Shown here piece after piece: positions 61,841-64,000 of a stretch of 64,000 nt of DNA (within the stretch, counting starts at the first letter, position 1; each line of letters starts with the position of its first letter). The notes under the pieces were generated by a model. It was not told where the DNA came from. It saw only the letters and a program-made list of their open reading frames with translations, and ran no database searches. Origin of the DNA: an uncultured Armatimonadetes bacterium (lineage in GTDB: Bacteria; Armatimonadota; Hebobacteria; Hebobacterales; Hebobacteraceae). The position numbers and the translations under genes are program-made. The stretch is taken from assembly GCA_963716175.1 (NCBI GenBank), contig OY970296.1, positions 309,302-373,301 of the forward strand, given 5' to 3'.

Positions 61841-62875
61841 ATGGTCCGGAGAAGGCGTGGCTTCACCTTGATCGAGCTGTTGGTTGTGATCGCAATCATT
61901 GCGATCCTCGCGGCGATGCTCTTCCCGGTTTTCGCCCGGGCGCGCGAGTCGGCCCGCAAGATCCAGTGCCTCTCGAATGTCAAAAACGTCGCGATGGCGG
62001 TCCAGATGTACCTCGCAGACTGGGACCGCTACATGGTGCTGGAGCACCGCGCTGAGGTGCTCGCCTACTACGACGCGAAGAACCCCGACGGCGGGTACAG
62101 CAGCAGCTATCACTGCGCGCACGGCACCTACTTCGCCAACCCCTACCTGAGGATGCCGGTGCTGCTGGACGAGTACATCAGGAACCGGGATGTCTGGCGG
62201 TGCCCAAGCGCGAAGTTCGAGCAGGGCGCAATTTCGATTAATGGCTGGCCGGACTGGTTCGCCTGGCGGCTGAAGTACGACGGCCAGGTGTGTCACACCA
62301 ATACCTGCTGCCCCCAGTACCCAAACGGCTGGGGAGGCACCGTCACCGACTCAGGGGCCCAGCAGATGGTGGCAAGCGGCATCGGGGGGACTAAGGATAC
62401 CGCGCTTGGGGCTTTCGCCATGAGCCTCACCATCAACCGCGGGGACTATGAGGCCAAGGAGTCGCAGATTAGCGATCCGTCCACGCATGGAGTGGTCGCC
62501 GATGGCGGGAACGTCACGGATGAGCTGGCGGAGGCAACCGCGGCCTACCCCGACGTCTGCCTGCTGGACTGCGGCAACTCGGTGTGCAGTTGGGTGGATT
62601 GGGAGAACTGCAGCGAGAACGCGAGCTGCGGCTTGTACAACCGGGCGCCCACGAGCGGGGTCTTGCTGAGCGACCTCCAGATGCGAAAGTCCTACGCGCG
62701 TCACTTGGGTGGAACCAATGTCGGCTTCTGGGACGGGCACGCCGCCTGGATCAGCTCGGAGGCCTTGATAGACGCCGTCGAGGCGGGCCAGCTCCAAGGC
62801 TTCGACGTGTCCTGGGGCCCGCGCTCCTACTGCGGCTTCGCCGAGGAGTACCCGGGAGTGCCGACACTGCGATAA
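61841..62875 (+). CDS. Prepilin-type N-terminal cleavage/methylation domain protein, DUF1559 family
   Basis: Translation has [54 protein letters not shown] and [17 protein letters not shown]. Confidence 0.9.
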   Translation: MVRRRRGFTLIELLVVIAIIAILAAMLFPVFARARESARKIQCLSNVKNVAMAVQMYLADWDRYMVLEHRAEVLAYYDAKNPDGGYSSSYHCAHGTYFANPYLRMPVLLDEYIRNRDVWRCPSAKFEQGAISINGWPDWFAWRLKYDGQVCHTNTCCPQYPNGWGGTVTDSGAQQMVASGIGGTKDTALGAFAMSLTINRGDYEAKESQISDPSTHGVVADGGNVTDELAEATAAYPDVCLLDCGNSVCSWVDWENCSENASCGLYNRAPTSGVLLSDLQMRKSYARHLGGTNVGFWDGHAAWISSEALIDAVEAGQLQGFDVSWGPRSYCGFAEEYPGVPTLR

Positions 62876-62896
62876 GGGACCGAGCCTCCTGAACAA

Positions 62897-62933
62897 TGCG
62901 CACGATCTGCGGACGGAGCGGGACGGCAGCGCT
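62897..62933 (+). terminator. Hairpin terminator
   Basis: ctgcggacggagcg-ggacggcag-cgctccgtccgcag (14-bp stem), 22 nt after the stop. Confidence 0.6.
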
Positions 62934-63182
62934 CCGTCCGCAGCGCTATCTGGTTGCGCGGCAGGAGGGCTGCCGGCTGCTACCGAAGACCCGGCCCCAG
63001 GCTAGACGCGTTATCCGCGGAAGGCAATTGATGGGTGTCTGGCTGTGATGCTCGTAGTGGCCGCCGCCACCATCGCCGCCGTCAACCGCACACGCGTCCC
63101 GGCTGCGGCCGGCCGCAAAGCCAAGGGATGATAGTGGAGGCGCTAGGATGAGCTACTCGCGGCTTCCGGTTGGGATTGCGCG

Positions 63183-64000
63183 GTGAGCGGGCCCGCGTGC
63201 GCAGGGGAGAGTGCGGGACGGGGGGCCTCGGTATGGGTCTCCTCCCCGTGGCAGCACGTGCTCAAGACAGCAAAGCCGGGCCCGACCCAGTCGGTTCGCC
63301 TAAGCGCTGCGCGCAATGAGTACGAGCCGGCGCGAGTGGTCATCACGGCAGGCGGCACCTCCCTGCGCGACGTTAATGCCGCTGCCAGTCCTCTGGTCGG
63401 CCCCGGTGGAGGGCAGATCGCGGCTTCCAATATCTGCTTCTACCGCGAGCATTACATCAACATCCACAAGCCTAGCCCCCGCTCCACCGCCGCGCCTGGG
63501 TGGTACCCGGACCCACTGATCCCGTTCCTTGATCCGGTCACCGGCCGCCCCATCGCTGAGGCCCGGTACCGTGGCGCGCCCTTTGATGTGGAGGCCCGGT
63601 GCAGCCAGGGCATATGGGTTGACCTCTACGTGCCGCGCAACACATCAGCAGGCGAATATGAGGGTGCGATTACCATCACCTGCTCAGGGCACGCGATCGC
63701 CCGCGTGCCGCTGTCGCTGACCGTCTTCGATTTCACTCTCCCGGACACGTTCGCGTTGAGGTCGAACTTCGGCTCTCTAGGAGGCAGCCTCGCGGAGCGC
63801 CTCGGGATGGACCGGGACTCTGATGAGTTCGCGCAGGTCGAGGTCCTGTACTGCGATACCCTCCTCGCTCACCGCTGCATTCCCAGCGGCCTGGGACGTA
63901 TCTGGCCGGATTGGAGCCCTGAGAAGGGCCTCGACGATGCGAGCAGTGTTGAGCGCCTGCGCAGCATGGTCCGGGAGCGGCATGTCAACTCACTGATGGT
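63183..64000 (+). CDS. Partial CDS (5' part, runs off window end), DUF4091/GH123-like protein
   Basis: This frame is not in the ORF track because it has no stop. It is open from TAG 63144-63146 to the window end. WVSSPWQHVLK...VRLSAARNEYEPARVVITAGG..LRDVNAAASPL...FYREHYINI...GEYEGAITIT...PLSLTVFDFTLPD is the typical N-terminal pattern of DUF4091 proteins. The start (GTG 63183 or TTG 63177) is uncertain. Confidence 0.5.
   Translation, partial: MSGPACAGESAGRGASVWVSSPWQHVLKTAKPGPTQSVRLSAARNEYEPARVVITAGGTSLRDVNAAASPLVGPGGGQIAASNICFYREHYINIHKPSPRSTAAPGWYPDPLIPFLDPVTGRPIAEARYRGAPFDVEARCSQGIWVDLYVPRNTSAGEYEGAITITCSGHAIARVPLSLTVFDFTLPDTFALRSNFGSLGGSLAERLGMDRDSDEFAQVEVLYCDTLLAHRCIPSGLGRIWPDWSPEKGLDDASSVERLRSMVRERHVNSLM

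Overview
This is a visibly GC-rich bacterial chromosomal window with about 45 protein-coding genes. I found no rRNA, tRNA, CRISPR array or intact mobile element. All family calls come from reading motifs in the supplied translations and the raw sequence; no searches were run. (i) 1-14.6 kb is a co-directional, partly translationally coupled surface-glycan cluster. It holds GT2/GT4 glycosyltransferases, a Wzy/WaaL-like ligase, a GT-C-like membrane protein, a Wzx-like flippase, a NodB deacetylase, a FemAB/CelD-like acyltransferase, a GNAT and methyltransferases. It contains several unusual domain fusions and two frame breaks at homopolymer runs. (ii) 14.6-20.7 kb holds a Glu/Leu/Phe/Val dehydrogenase and two PKD-repeat plus triple-SLH surface proteins. 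The larger one carries near-identical 249/498-bp tandem repeats. (iii) 21.5-56.8 kb is an accessory-looking mix. It includes exported glycoside-hydrolase-like enzymes, three carbon-nitrogen hydrolases, a nitroreductase, two paralogous large polytopic membrane proteins and an SLH-porin plus ModA-like pair. It also holds a sulfatase-like protein with a Thr nucleophile position, an exported methyltransferase and DUF1559-type pseudopilin-like gene cassettes (four in total, the fourth at 61.8 kb). The cassettes share a conserved upstream purine box and related terminator hairpins. (iv) 56.9-61.6 kb is the most interesting item: a compact orphan nitrogenase-like cluster ordered D-like, K-like, H-like, NifB-like. 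It has a full P-cluster-type cysteine pattern and no accessory nif genes nearby. Host guess (inference only): a polysaccharide-degrading, SLH-using diderm such as Armatimonadota or a neighbouring lineage.
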